DNA from: Macrostomum lignano | Lineage: Eukaryota | NCBI GenBank assembly: GCA_002269645.1 | Contig: NIVC01000107.1 | Span: forward strand, 310,001-374,000 | Direction of reading: 5' to 3' | DNA: 64,000 nucleotides | Part shown: piece after piece, positions 54,001-64,000 of the stretch | Layout of the letters: every line of letters begins with the position of its first letter | How positions within the stretch are numbered: the stretch's first letter is position 1 | Program-made: the position numbers and the translations under genes | The notes under the pieces: model-generated | The model's input: the letters and a program-made list of their open reading frames with translations, nothing else | Database searches by the model: none | Told to the model about the DNA's origin: nothing

Positions 54001-57000
54001 TTCGACCTGGCCGCCGCTTCCATGCTGGGTGAGCGGCGCAGCCATAGCGGCGCCGTCAGCGGGCTCGCCTTCTCCGCCTGCGGCCTCCGCCTGTTCTCCT
54101 GCGGCTCCGACGGCGGCCTGTCGGTTCACGACGCCTCGGCGGCCTGCGCGCTGCTCCGCTCCGTGCCCGACGTTGTCGCCAGGGTCGGCGCCGGCGGCTC
54201 CGAGGACCGTCCGAGCCCGCTGGCCGTGGACTCGGCCGACCCCGGCGGCTCCCTCATTGCCTACATCGGGCCGACCGGCGCCGCGGTTGTCGTGGCCGAA
54301 GGCGCCACCCTCGCTGAGCTGATCCGCGTAGACGTCACCATGGTCGCCGGGGCGGGCGTGGCGGACGCAGCCCGCGCCCTGCAGTTCGGCGCCGGGCACC
54401 TCCTGGTGGCCACGGAGGGCGGCCGCCTACTTCGATTGGAGCGCCGTTCCGGCCGCCTGGCCTCCCAGCTGTCCGACCTCGGCCGCTGCGACTGCCTCTG
54501 CCTGAGCCCGGACGGCCGTTACTGCGTGGCCGGGGTTGGCCGGCAGCTGAAGCTGTTCCAGAACTGCTCGACCGGACAGGTGCAGTTCTCCAGCTTCCTG
54601 GGCCACAGCGGCCGAATCTGCGCGCTCGCCTTTAGCGCCGACGGCGCCAGACTGATGTCCGTTGGGGAGGCGGTCCTCGTCTGGGACTTCATGGCCCCGC
54701 CGGCATCTGAGAAGCCTGCCGAGAACCTCAGGACTGAGAACGGCGCCAAGGTTTGTGGACAGTGAAACCAGCCCCACCTGACTCCCAATGTACATCAGCC
54801 TCCCCACCTCACTCCCAATGTACATCAGCCTCCCCACCTCACTCTCAATGTACATCAGCCTCCCCATCAACTCTTTGAGAAGTTTTCCATTTAATCCTTG
54901 TAGAAGCCTCAACCAACACCCGTCACGCCGGCCGCTCCGCAGTCGCGACACCGAGTGGAGGCGCCGGTGCGCGACCCCGGCCCGGGCCCGGCCACCGGGA
55001 CGGCGAACCCGGAGCTCGCCGATGCCGTGCCGCTTGCGAACGACGGCAGCAGCTCCAGCTCCAGTGTGTCCGACTGCGAAGTCACGGAGCTCGCCGCGCC
55101 GGCCTCCAGCGCCCCGCCTGCCGAGCCGACGGTGTCGCTGCCGGTGCCGCCGCTGGCGCTGTTGCCCGACGAGCCGGCGGCGGGAGACGACGGCGGCGCT
55201 CCGCACGAGCATCCGGCGCCTTCATCTGCGCGCCACTTTCGGTCCGGCGCCGAGTCGTTGCGACAGCCGCCTGCCGACCAGCGGCGCTACCTGGCGCGGC
55301 CCGGCGAGGAGGCGCTGAGGCTGCGCGCCGGACTCGGTGCCGGCTCGGGCGTCGGCGCCATCGCCTGGCTGGAGGGCCGCGGCCGTCTGGTGTACGCCGT
55401 CGGCTGCCAGCTGCTGTCCGAGGACCTCGAGACCGGCCTGCAGGCGCGGCTCTGCCAGCTGCCCGGCCCGGCCACCGCGGCCGCCGCCAGCTCCGACAGC
55501 CGCCTGGCCGCCTTTTGCTGCCTCGGCGGCGGTCTGCGCATTTTCGACGCCGAGGCTGCCGACGCTGCGAACGCCGAGGCGCCGGAGGGAGTGTCGATGG
55601 CGCTGATCTGCCGCCCGCTGTCCGGCGGCCCGGCCACCTGCGCGCAGTTCAGCAGAGACGATCGCTACCTGCTGACCGTGGGCAACCACGCCGATCCCCT
55701 GCTGCAGGTCTGGCTGGGTCCCGACTGGCAGGCCGTGGCCAGCCACCGGGCGGCCTACCCCGTCAACGACGTCTGCTGGCGCGCCGCCGACCTCGCCAGT
55801 TTCGTCAGCGTCGGCACCGCGGCCGCCCTCTCCGTCTGGTCGGTGGTTAGCGGGCCGGACGGATCGCAGCGGCTGCAGCTGGAGGAGCTGCCCGCGCCGG
55901 ACGAGGCCATCGGACGGCGGCCCGGACTGCGGGCGTCGGCTGCCTCAGCCGAGGAGCTGTCGGCTTGCACCGTCGACTCTGACGACGCCGCGTTTGTGGC
56001 CGGTGGCCGCGGCCGGGTCTCCGTGTGGTCGCTGGGCGAGCGCCGCTGCGTCATGCACTGGGAGGCCGAGGCCAACGAGGTGTGTCGGCTGGCCCTGCGG
56101 CCCGGCGGCCTCCTCCTGTGCGGAGCCGCTGACGGCGCCGTCAAGGCGTGGGACGTGCGCGACATCCTTGGCCTGGGCGGCGGCGGCTGGTCGGGCGGCC
56201 GCGTCCGGCTGGTCAGCTCCGCCCGACTGGATGGCGCCGTGCTGGCGCTGCTGCCGGACAGCCAGGCCGAGCTGGCGCTGGCCGCCACCGCTGCTTCCGT
56301 GTGGTGCCTCCGAGTTGCCGAGGGCGCCGCCACCCGCCTGATCGCCGGCCACGCCGCCCGCGTCGCCGCCGCGGCGCCGTTGCCCGGCCTCGGCGTCCTG
56401 GCCACCGGCGACGCGTCGGGCGCTGTCCGAATCTTCGACTCGGCCGGACGGCAGCTCCTGTGCCAGCTGCAGCCCGGCCGCCTCTCGGCCGCCTGCCTCT
56501 GCCTGGCCGCGGACGCCCTCTACTTGGCGGCCGGCTACGGGGACGGCCACGTCCGGGCCTTCACGGCCGGCGCCGACCTCGGCCAGACTTTGAAGGCCCG
56601 CCCGCACGCGGCCGGCGTGTCCTCGCTGGCTTTGGACCCCGGCCACCGTTTCCTGGTCAGCGGCTGCTCCGACGGCCTGCTGGCGCTGACGGGTCTCGAC
56701 ACCGGCCTCGTGCTGCGCGTCCTCCGCGACCACCGCGGCTCCGGCGTCGCCTGCCTGGACATCCAGCCGGACTCCGGCGGCTGCCACTTCCTGGCCTCCG
56801 CGGCCGACCGCCGCCTCAGCCTCTGGGCCTGCGCCGACTCCGCCGACTCCGTCGACCTCCGCCTGTGGCTGGCCTTCCCCCTGCCGGCCTTCGCCCCAGG
56901 CAGCGGCCGCCCGCTGTCTGACGATCCGACGGCCGCCATGGAGCTGCCGCCGGCGCTGGCCCGCTTCTGCCCGGCCGACGCCGACCTGCTGCTGCTGACC

Positions 57001-57300
57001 GGCTGCGCCCAGCAACCGGCCGTGGACCTCTACAGCCTCGCCCAGCGCCGAGTCGTCCGCTCCGTGTCGCTGCCCCGCTGGCCGCACTGCCTGGACGCGT
57101 CTCCGTCCGGCCGCCTGCTGCTGCTGGGGTCGCTCGGCCGCCTTGTCACCCTGCTGGACCTCGGCAGCGGCTGCTTCCAGGACTTCGTTGGACACGCGGA
57201 GGGCCTGTCCTGTGTCCGGTTCGGCGAAGATGGACGGTCCTGCTGGACTGCGGCAGGGAGAGACGTCCTGGGCTGGGATGTGCTGATCAGGGACTGCTGA
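51026..57300 (+). CDS. WDR90: WD repeat-containing protein 90 (CFAP20/DUF667-like N-domain plus WD40 propellers); first exon unresolved
   Basis: Exons ~51026-52291, 52418-52891, 53650-54750, 54904-57300, all phase 0, GT-AG. Motifs YPYLNLFK...GAVSASNYIQLP...RYLYVQFRP, DFSQ|VLLEAEHE and QDFVGHAEGLSCVRF...VLGWDV match WDR90. A candidate start exon is ATGCCTGAGCTAA|gt at 49861. Confidence 0.9.
53060..53605. repeat. 15-bp minisatellite, WDR90 intron
   Basis: Unit aaattacacctgacc. Confidence 0.97.
54776..54870. repeat. 30-bp repeat x3, WDR90 last intron
   Basis: Unit aatgtacatcagcctccccacctcactccc. Confidence 0.85.
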
Positions 57301-57482
57301 GTGCGCTGGGGTGTGCTGATCAGGGACAGCTGAGTGCGCTGGGGTGTGCTGATCAGGGACAGCTGAGTGCGCTGGGGTGTGCTGATCAGGGACAGCTGAG
57401 TGCGCTGGGGTTTGCTGATCAGGGACAGCTGAGTGCACTGGGGTGTGCTGATCAGGGACTGCTGAGTACGCTGAGGTGTGCT
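57268..57482 (+). repeat. 33-bp minisatellite copied from the last 11 codons of WDR90
   Basis: CDS end ctgggctgggatgtgctgatcagggactgctga is followed by units gtgcgctggggtgtgctgatcagggacagctga. Confidence 0.93.
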
Positions 57483-57782
57483 GAATGTTGCTCATTTGTC
57501 CGTCCATGTTTTAGCTATAAAAATGAAATAAAATTTGTATTTTAATTAGCAGAAATTTTGCGCATTCCGTCCTATTTAGCTCGTAATACACAATATACAC
57601 ACTGTAATTAGCCTGGCTGCTAAAGTTTATTTCGATACATATCGGCAATCGACTTGTAGTTATAATGATAGCTCTACCTACCGGTAGCCAGCTGTTGTAT
57701 GACCTACAATGACCCAGCTTTGTTACAATGTAGAAGCATTCCATTTGCCTGTCATTATTAATAATTTTATTTTGCTTGCAGA

Positions 57783-58022
57783 ATTTCTCCCGGCTGTAAT
57801 TACTGTATTCCCCAGCTCCCGGCTGTAATTACTGCATCCCCCAGCTCCCGGCTGTAATTACTGTATTCCCCAGCTCCCGGCTGTAATTACTGTATTCCCC
57901 AGCTCCCGGCTGTAATTACTGTATTCCCCAGCTCCCGGCTGTAATTACTGTATTCCCCAGCTCCCGGCTGTAATTACTGTATTCCCCAGCTCCCGGCTGT
58001 AATTACTGTATTCCCCAGCTCT
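57783..58022. repeat. 29-bp minisatellite
   Basis: Unit cccggctgtaattactgtattccccagct, about 8 copies. Confidence 0.95.
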
Positions 58023-58299
58023 GGCAGCGACTCTCAGTTCGGGCTGCTGGGCTTTTCCCATTTTGTTTTTAGTACGTTTTTTACTAGTAAAATGCTTTGC
58101 TATTACTTTGCAAGTAGTATGAACTGAGTGCTTGATTTTCATGTAATTTTCATGTACTGCATTGGCTATTGAATAAACGGCTGGTCTGTTTCTTAGTGCC
58201 ACAATTTTTATTTTTGCTTTCTTCATTGCATTGTCTACCATCTCGTGCTGTGACTTTGAAATTTGACAGCTTTGCTGCTGATTGAGTTGCTTTTTTCCT

Positions 58300-58570
58300 T
58301 TCGTTGGTAAGCCAGAATCTGCCGATACATACTGAGAATTCAGAAATCTACCAGAAATCTGCCGACACAGCTGGCAGTTCACAGAGAATTAAAAAGTCTA
58401 CCTGAATCTGCTGATACAGCTGGCAGTTCACTGAGAATTCAGAAATCTACCAGAATCTGCTGATACAGCTGGAAGTTCACTGAGAATTCAGAAATCTACC
58501 AGAATCTGCTGATACAGCTGGCAGTTCACTGAGAATTCAGAAATCTGCCGACACAGCTGGCAGTTCACTG
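58300..58570. repeat. ~49-bp tandem repeat
   Basis: Unit ctgctgatacagctggcagttcactgagaattcagaaatctaccagaat. Confidence 0.85.
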
Positions 58571-58963
58571 GAAATTTCTACGCAATCTCAGCAGAAAATG
58601 GCAGTTCACTGCTCGATCGCAGAGGTTCTTATCTTTCAATGGAGTGATTTTGCAACCAGCTGTTTTCAATATCCGCTCGAGTCTCTCAAATTGAGTAGCC
58701 GATGGTCTGAAAGCGCGTACGGATGCAGGGAAGAAGCTGGGGTTCCTGCTGAGCAGTTACTGTAGTCAGGGGGTCGAGAGGATTGAAATGGAGACGGAAT
58801 CTTCAAGCGCAGGTAAGGAGCAGGAGAGAGAAGAGCCTCCGTCCTCTTACCGCGATGGGGGGGGCTGCCACGAACTGTGCAAATTGATTTGCCTGTCCAG
58901 GTGAGCTCGGGGACGGGCGGGGGAAGAGCTGAATAGGGGAGAGGATGAAGTTCGGAGGCTGGG

Positions 58964-60829
58964 ATGAAGCTTAAATCGAAGCTGCAACTCTGCTCGGCCC
59001 CGACAGCATCCGGAGACGGCAGCCCTGAGCTGGCGATGCAGACGGCCGATGGCACCCGGCTGGGGCAGCTGATGCAGCTGCCGTGCATGCAGAAGTACCT
59101 GGCCAGCTTCCAGCCCGACGCTGTCGCCGAGATTCAGCGGCACATCGACAATCGTCTCAAGCGGTCGACGCCTACGACGACAGCCGCACCGTCGCCGCAT
59201 CAGCCGCCGTTCCGTCTGCCGACCTACGCCGAGTACGTCCGCATGGTGCAGTCGCAGCAGGACCTGCGCCCCCAAGTTCGCGTTGTTGACAGTGAGAGCC
59301 GGCAGCTGCGGCACAACCACAGCGACACCGGCGGCTGCCAGCTGAGCGGCCAACGCCGTCGGCTATACGACGACGAGCGACTGCAGACGGTGTCGGAGCT
59401 ACTCGCTTCCGAGGAGCGGTTCAGCAGCGACCTCCGCCTGCTGCACACCGAGTTCCGCAGGCCGCTGCTGGCCAGCCGCCTCCTCAGCGCCGAGGACGTT
59501 GCGGACGTCTTCGTCAACCTGCCGCAGCTGCTGCGGGCTCAGGTCTCCCTGCTGGACCGCCTTCGACTGGCCGTCTCTGCAGCCGTCGCCGCCGGAGATG
59601 CCGACCAGGCCGCTGCCGGCGTAGCCGACGCCTTCCTGGACGGCGCCACCGACCACCTCACCTGCCTGCGGCACTACAGCGTCGGGCACCGGCGCTCGCT
59701 GGCCCGCCTTGACCGCCTGGAGCGGCGCTGCCGCCTGCTGCGCCTCTTCCTGGCGGCCTCCCAAGACGACAACCCGCGCCTGCGCCGGATGCCTCTGCGC
59801 GCCTTCCTCATCCAGCCCGTGCAGCGGCTCATGCGGTACCCCCTGCTGCTCGACCGCCTGCTGCGGCTCAGCAGCTGCGGCGGCGGCGGCGGCGGCGGCG
59901 GAAAGCTCGACTTTGCCAGCTCGACGGTCGAGCGGCTGCGCCGGGCGAAGTCGCAAGTCGAGGCCGCCATTGCCGAGACCAACGCCCGCGCCCTTGAGCC
60001 GTCCGACGCGCAACCCCAGCAGCCGCCGCAGCCGCAGGCGCCGTCGCCTCCTCCGCGGCAGCTGCTCACCTCTGCCTCTTCGAACTCGCTCTCGGCCATC
60101 GGCTGTCTGCGCCACTTCGCCGGCCCAACGAGGAAGGCGACGCCGCTGACAACAGCCGCCGCTGCGGTCGAATGGGCGGCTGCCAGCCGGCAGCGCAGCG
60201 CCTCCTGCAGCGGCGCCGACCTGGTACGCCTCGCGCTTGACCGCCTGCGCTGGGGCACCGCAGCCCGCTGTTGCTTCAGCGGCGCGGTCTACGCGGCCCC
60301 GACCGCCACGGCCGACCTTCGCAGCGGCTGCTGGGCGGTGCTGATCTCTCGAAATCTGCCAGAGGACGCCGGGGCTGCCGAGTCTGGCGCGAAGAAGCTT
60401 TCAGCGCTGCTGTTTCCTGGAACTCTGGACCGCGAAGCCGCAGCGGTCGCAGCTGAAGTGGGCGACGATGAGCCGGAGGCGGCGCTGCTGCTGTTCCAGG
60501 AGCCGCGGCTCGGCAGGCGGGCGCTGCTGCGGGAGCCGCTGCTGCTCAGCGCCTGCGTTGTCGGCGAAAGCAGCGACGACTTCAGCGTCCGCGTCTCGGA
60601 CGTCCGCGGCGGCAGCGGCGTCGCCCGCCTGCGGCCCGCGGTTGACTCGCCAGCGGCTGCCCTGCGTCTCCAGCGACTTCTGCGCCGTGTCAGCCTGCGC
60701 TGCGGCCGCTGGCGCCTGCGGAGGCCGGCGGCGCCCAACGCCCTCCTGGCTGGACTGGTCGGCAGCTCGAGCCCCCCACCCACGTCTGTGGCGTCCGGAC
60801 ACTCCTGGCTGGAAGAAGCGGAGCGTTGA
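58964..60829 (+). CDS. Dbl-homology RhoGEF, single coding exon, 621 aa, degenerate PH-like C-terminus
   Basis: DH motifs TVSELLASEERFSSDL, DVFVNLPQLL and LRAFLIQPVQRLMRYPLLL. Subfamily not assignable by eye. Confidence 0.88.
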   Translation: MKLKSKLQLCSAPTASGDGSPELAMQTADGTRLGQLMQLPCMQKYLASFQPDAVAEIQRHIDNRLKRSTPTTTAAPSPHQPPFRLPTYAEYVRMVQSQQDLRPQVRVVDSESRQLRHNHSDTGGCQLSGQRRRLYDDERLQTVSELLASEERFSSDLRLLHTEFRRPLLASRLLSAEDVADVFVNLPQLLRAQVSLLDRLRLAVSAAVAAGDADQAAAGVADAFLDGATDHLTCLRHYSVGHRRSLARLDRLERRCRLLRLFLAASQDDNPRLRRMPLRAFLIQPVQRLMRYPLLLDRLLRLSSCGGGGGGGGKLDFASSTVERLRRAKSQVEAAIAETNARALEPSDAQPQQPPQPQAPSPPPRQLLTSASSNSLSAIGCLRHFAGPTRKATPLTTAAAAVEWAAASRQRSASCSGADLVRLALDRLRWGTAARCCFSGAVYAAPTATADLRSGCWAVLISRNLPEDAGAAESGAKKLSALLFPGTLDREAAAVAAEVGDDEPEAALLLFQEPRLGRRALLREPLLLSACVVGESSDDFSVRVSDVRGGSGVARLRPAVDSPAAALRLQRLLRRVSLRCGRWRLRRPAAPNALLAGLVGSSSPPPTSVASGHSWLEEAER

Positions 60830-60841
60830 TTGTCCGTTGAA

Positions 60842-61313
60842 ATCAAGGATCTGGGATCAAGGATCTGGGATCAAGGATCTGGGATCAAGGATCTGGGATC
60901 AAGGATCTGGGATCAAGGATCTGGGATCAAGGATCTGGGATCAAGGATCTGGGATCAAGGATCTGGGATCAAGGATCTGGGATCAAGGATCTGGGATCAA
61001 GGATCTGGGATCAAGGATCTGGGATCAAGGATCTGGGATCAAGGATCTGGGATCAAGGATCTGGGATCAAGGATCTGGGATCAAGGATCTGGGATCAAGG
61101 ATCTGGGATCAAGGATCTGGGATCAAGGATCTGGGATCAAGGATCTGGGATCAAGGATCTGGGATCAAGGATCTGGGATCAAGGATCTGGGATCAAGGAT
61201 CTGGGATCAAGGATCTGGGATCAAGGATCTGGGATCAAGGATCTGGGATCAAGGATCTGGGATCAAGGATCTGGGATCAAGGATCTGGGATCAAGGATCT
61301 GGGATCAAGGATC
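60842..61313. repeat. Perfect 14-bp minisatellite starting 13 nt after the RhoGEF stop
   Basis: (atcaaggatctggg)n, about 33 identical copies. Confidence 0.99.
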
Positions 61314-61777
61314 TTAATACTATGCATAATTTACTTCTTGCACAACTCGCTTTGCGTGACACGAACGCCACTTTTATTGCAAGACTCAGTAGTATTAGCG
61401 TTTTTTCAGTTACTGAAATAAACATTTACAAATGATGCTTAAATATAATATAACCTTATCATGCACTGTAGACTATGCAGTGTACATAAATATGTGCAAA
61501 TTTTAATCGCCACCTTCAGTACGAGGTGCTGCCCTTCAAGACGCTGCCTGGCGCAACAAGCAACAAAATAAACAGCAATAGTGCTGAGTAGACGAGTAGC
61601 TAGTTGAGATGACTAAACAGTTAGCCTATCTTATTAAGAGTGCTGTCCTTAAATTACACAATGGCAGCATTCGATACTTGAGTAATTGTCATGACCAGGC
61701 TTTATCAGGGTACTGCGCTCGTGTTTCCACAAAAATCGGAAAAGGGGTCAACTTAACTCAAAAATCTTCCAACATAA

Positions 61778-62260
61778 ATGACACAAATGCCACACAAGCT
61801 GACACAAATGCAACACAAGCTGACACAAATGCAACACAAGCTGACACAAATGCAGCACAAGCTGACACAAATGCCACGCAAGCTGACACAAATGCCACGC
61901 AAGCTGACACAAATGCCGCACAAGCTGACACAAATGTGACACAAGCTGACACAAATGTCACGCAAGCTGACACAAATGCCACACAAGCTGACACAAATGC
62001 CACGCAAGCTGACACAAATGCCGCACAAGCTGACACAAATGTGACACAAGCTGACACAAATGCCACGCAAGCTGACACAAATGCCGCACAAGCTGACACA
62101 AATGTGACACAAGCTGACACAAATGCCACGCAAGCTGACACAAATGCCGCACAAGCTGACACAAATGTGACACAAGCTGACACGTCACGCAAGCTGACAC
62201 AAATGCCACACAAGCTGACACAAATGTCACGCAAGCTGACACAAATGCCACGCAAGCTGA
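61778..62260. repeat. 21-bp minisatellite
   Basis: Unit gacacaaatgccacacaagct and variants. Confidence 0.97.
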
Positions 62261-62600
62261 CTCGTAAGATAAGCAAGATACGAGTTAAGAACATTGTTCT
62301 AAAACTGCTTAGAGCTACACACTGCACCATAAATCTTATATACATATTGTTGTATATAAGATTTATGCTCAGCACTCTCTCTACACTCTGCATGCCTACC
62401 ATGCAGTTCTACAAATAGCTTCAAGCACTGAGTTGCTGCGGTCTCGGCCATAGACAGTCGCAGTAAGCGGGTCGCAGTAAGAAGCGACTGGAGGTGGCGA
62501 TCCGTACGTTACAAGGTGTTTATTCAGACGAATTTGTTAGGAATTTTAATGTTTGACCCCTGAAGTGTCACTTAAAAGTGCATGCACTTTACAAGCTGCA

Positions 62601-62916
62601 ATGAAACTCGGATTATCGAAAAACTTCAGCCTTTGGCTGCTGGTCTGTGCGCTCCTGCTGAACTGTGAGTGCTGCAACGTCTGCTCAGTTTTTATCGATT
62701 TTTGCTTATCAATCTCACTGTGAGGGATGTCAATCTCAACCATCTCACTCCGCAGGCACCGGCAGGGTGTACAGCTGCCAGTGGAGCGTCTCCGGCTGCG
62801 CCAGTCGCCACCGCAGCTGCCAGTACGCCTGGGAGTGCTGCCCGGACCTCGACTGCCGGCCCTACGTTGACCCGGTGGACGAATTCCAGTTTCCCGATGT
62901 CCTGGTCTGCCAGTGA
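62601..62916 (+). CDS. Secreted knottin/conotoxin-like peptide K5 (74 aa)
   Basis: Exons 62601-62664 and 62756-62916, phase-1 GTGAGT...CAG intron. MKLGLSKNFSLWLLVCALLLNCTGRVYS-CQWSVSGCASRHRSCQYAWECCPDLDCRPYVDPVDEFQFPDVLVCQ*. AATAAA at 62998-63003. Confidence 0.88.
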
Positions 62917-63094
62917 GCCGCGTGCGGGCTTTGACCTTCTCTGTTCTCACCTGTTTTGTGCAGCTGTGTCTGACATTTAGTAAGACGGAGTGTTAAAATA
63001 AACTGATTTAAGTCGTTTTAATTTGTCTTTCTATGTGACCAACAGTTGATAATGAATGGCAAAACTTTAGTTAAACAGCAGAGTTCGCAGCAGG

Positions 63095-63384
63095 TCATTC
63101 GCAAATGTTGGTGTAGACGCCGCTTCCGTACATGTGCTCCGGGACGGGGATTCGCTGGCAGGTGAAGCTGCAGCAGTGCCGGTCCTCTCGGCAGGGGCCG
63201 CCTTTCGGATTGCAGGGCAGCTCAGCGCCGCAGGTGGTGCAACCAGCTGCAAATTTGTTGCAGTTCTGAATGAGGGGCTGAACTTCAACTGCAATGACGC
63301 CCTATGCGATAACTTTGCCGTTGGGCGCCTCAACTCACCGACAAGAGCCAGCAGGACAAGCAGATGAAGAACACAATGCCTCAT
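63095..63384 (-). CDS. Secreted knottin/conotoxin-like peptide K6 (65 aa)
   Basis: Exons 63384-63339 and 63246-63095, phase-1 GTGAGT...CAG intron. MRHCVLHLLVLLALVAGCTT-CGAELPCNPKGGPCREDRHCCSFTCQRIPVPEHMYGSGVYTNICE*. Confidence 0.9.
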
Positions 63385-63650
63385 TATGATGCTGGTGTGG
63401 CAGGTATGCTGTTAGTAGTTAACCTCTCAATTCAAAGTACAAATCTGCGGAGCAGAAAAGCGACATCTCTGGCGCTCTGCACTCGGACACGAAACCGTCT
63501 CTGGTTCAAAGTGAAAAATCTCCGAAGTTGTCATCGGATGTGACACTCTGAAACTATGAAAATTTTCTTAGCATTAAGTAATCTGAGCATGACTTCGCTA
63601 ATGCTAAAAGTTTGTCATTTTCTTGGCTTCTGGGCTTCCAAGACAATGAT

Positions 63651-63868
63651 GGGGTTGTAGCCTAGTGGTCAGAGCGTCGGACTCACGACTGAAATGCTGG
63701 GGGGTTCGATTCTCGACCCACTCAGAACAGTTTGTGTCCTTGAGCAAGAAACTTCACTCTCCATTGCTTCAGTTCACCCAGCTGTAAAATGGGTGCCAGG
63801 ATTAGCTGGGGTAATTGAGACTGTGTGCCGACCCCCCCCCCCCCCCCCCAGTCCTTGGACTGAAAAGC
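63651..63868 (+). mobile_element. tRNA-headed SINE, copy 3 of 3
   Basis: A-box tagcctagtggtc, B-box ggttcgattct, same core and gtccttggactgaa tail as 37768. Confidence 0.87.
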
Positions 63869-64000
63869 CGTACGCAGTTTTCAGATGCGCCGCTGAGCAG
63901 CAACAAAGGACGCGAACCTGAAAAGTTAATTCAGGCGGTCAGGGTGCATTAGATGGCGCGCTTCAGGGCGACAGAGTCCACCAGCGGTGCCGAGCGCACA

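Noticed and set aside
33834-60846. Long antisense or alternate-frame ORFs over GC-rich genes (33834-34910, 33865-35025, 51917-52918, 55945-57507, 59399-60115 and others)
   Set aside because: Shadow ORFs caused by high GC3 codon usage; no recognisable domains.
61505-62520. Possible minus-strand mini-gene (hydrophobic LLVYSALLLFILLLVAPGSVLKGSTSY* near 61510-61595 and a Cys-containing stretch near 62400-62500)
   Set aside because: Could not build a start-to-stop model with consistent splice phases, and there is no knottin spacing.
23626-63097. Selenocysteine read-through supplying the missing cysteine in knottins ending C-x-TGA (K2, K4, K5, K6)
   Set aside because: TGA is the usual stop in this window. 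The only SECIS-like ATGA hairpin (after K4) is 3 nt from the stop, has a short stem and lacks the apical AA.
37768-63720. tRNA genes at the A/B-box sequences (32756, 37768, 47846, 63651)
   Set aside because: No intact cloverleaf; three continue into a shared SINE body.

Overview
Eukaryotic (metazoan) genomic DNA with GC-rich exons, GT-AG introns and a minisatellite in almost every intron. This texture suggests a free-living flatworm such as Macrostomum, which is an inference and not a database match. Recognisable genes are a complete 14-exon clathrin heavy chain (1674 aa), an IFIT5-like TPR gene that appears to splice in frame to a ZC3H7/HELZ2-type zinc-finger exon, a 7-finger C2H2 gene, UBXN1, WDR90 and a DH-domain RhoGEF. 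Mobile DNA includes a mariner with an intact DD34D ORF, several non-autonomous TIR elements (9-bp, TTAA and 8-bp TSD types), tRNA-headed SINEs, and decayed Gypsy and hAT fragments. The main hidden result is six small two-exon genes, absent from or mis-framed in the ORF track, in three loci (22-25 kb, 43 kb, 62-63 kb). Each encodes a signal peptide, a phase-1 intron and a conotoxin/knottin-like C-C-CC-C-C peptide with an extra N-terminal cysteine. A second theme is that several tandem repeats are seeded from exon boundaries (a splice donor, stop codons). All gene models were spliced by hand from the sequence; no database search was run.
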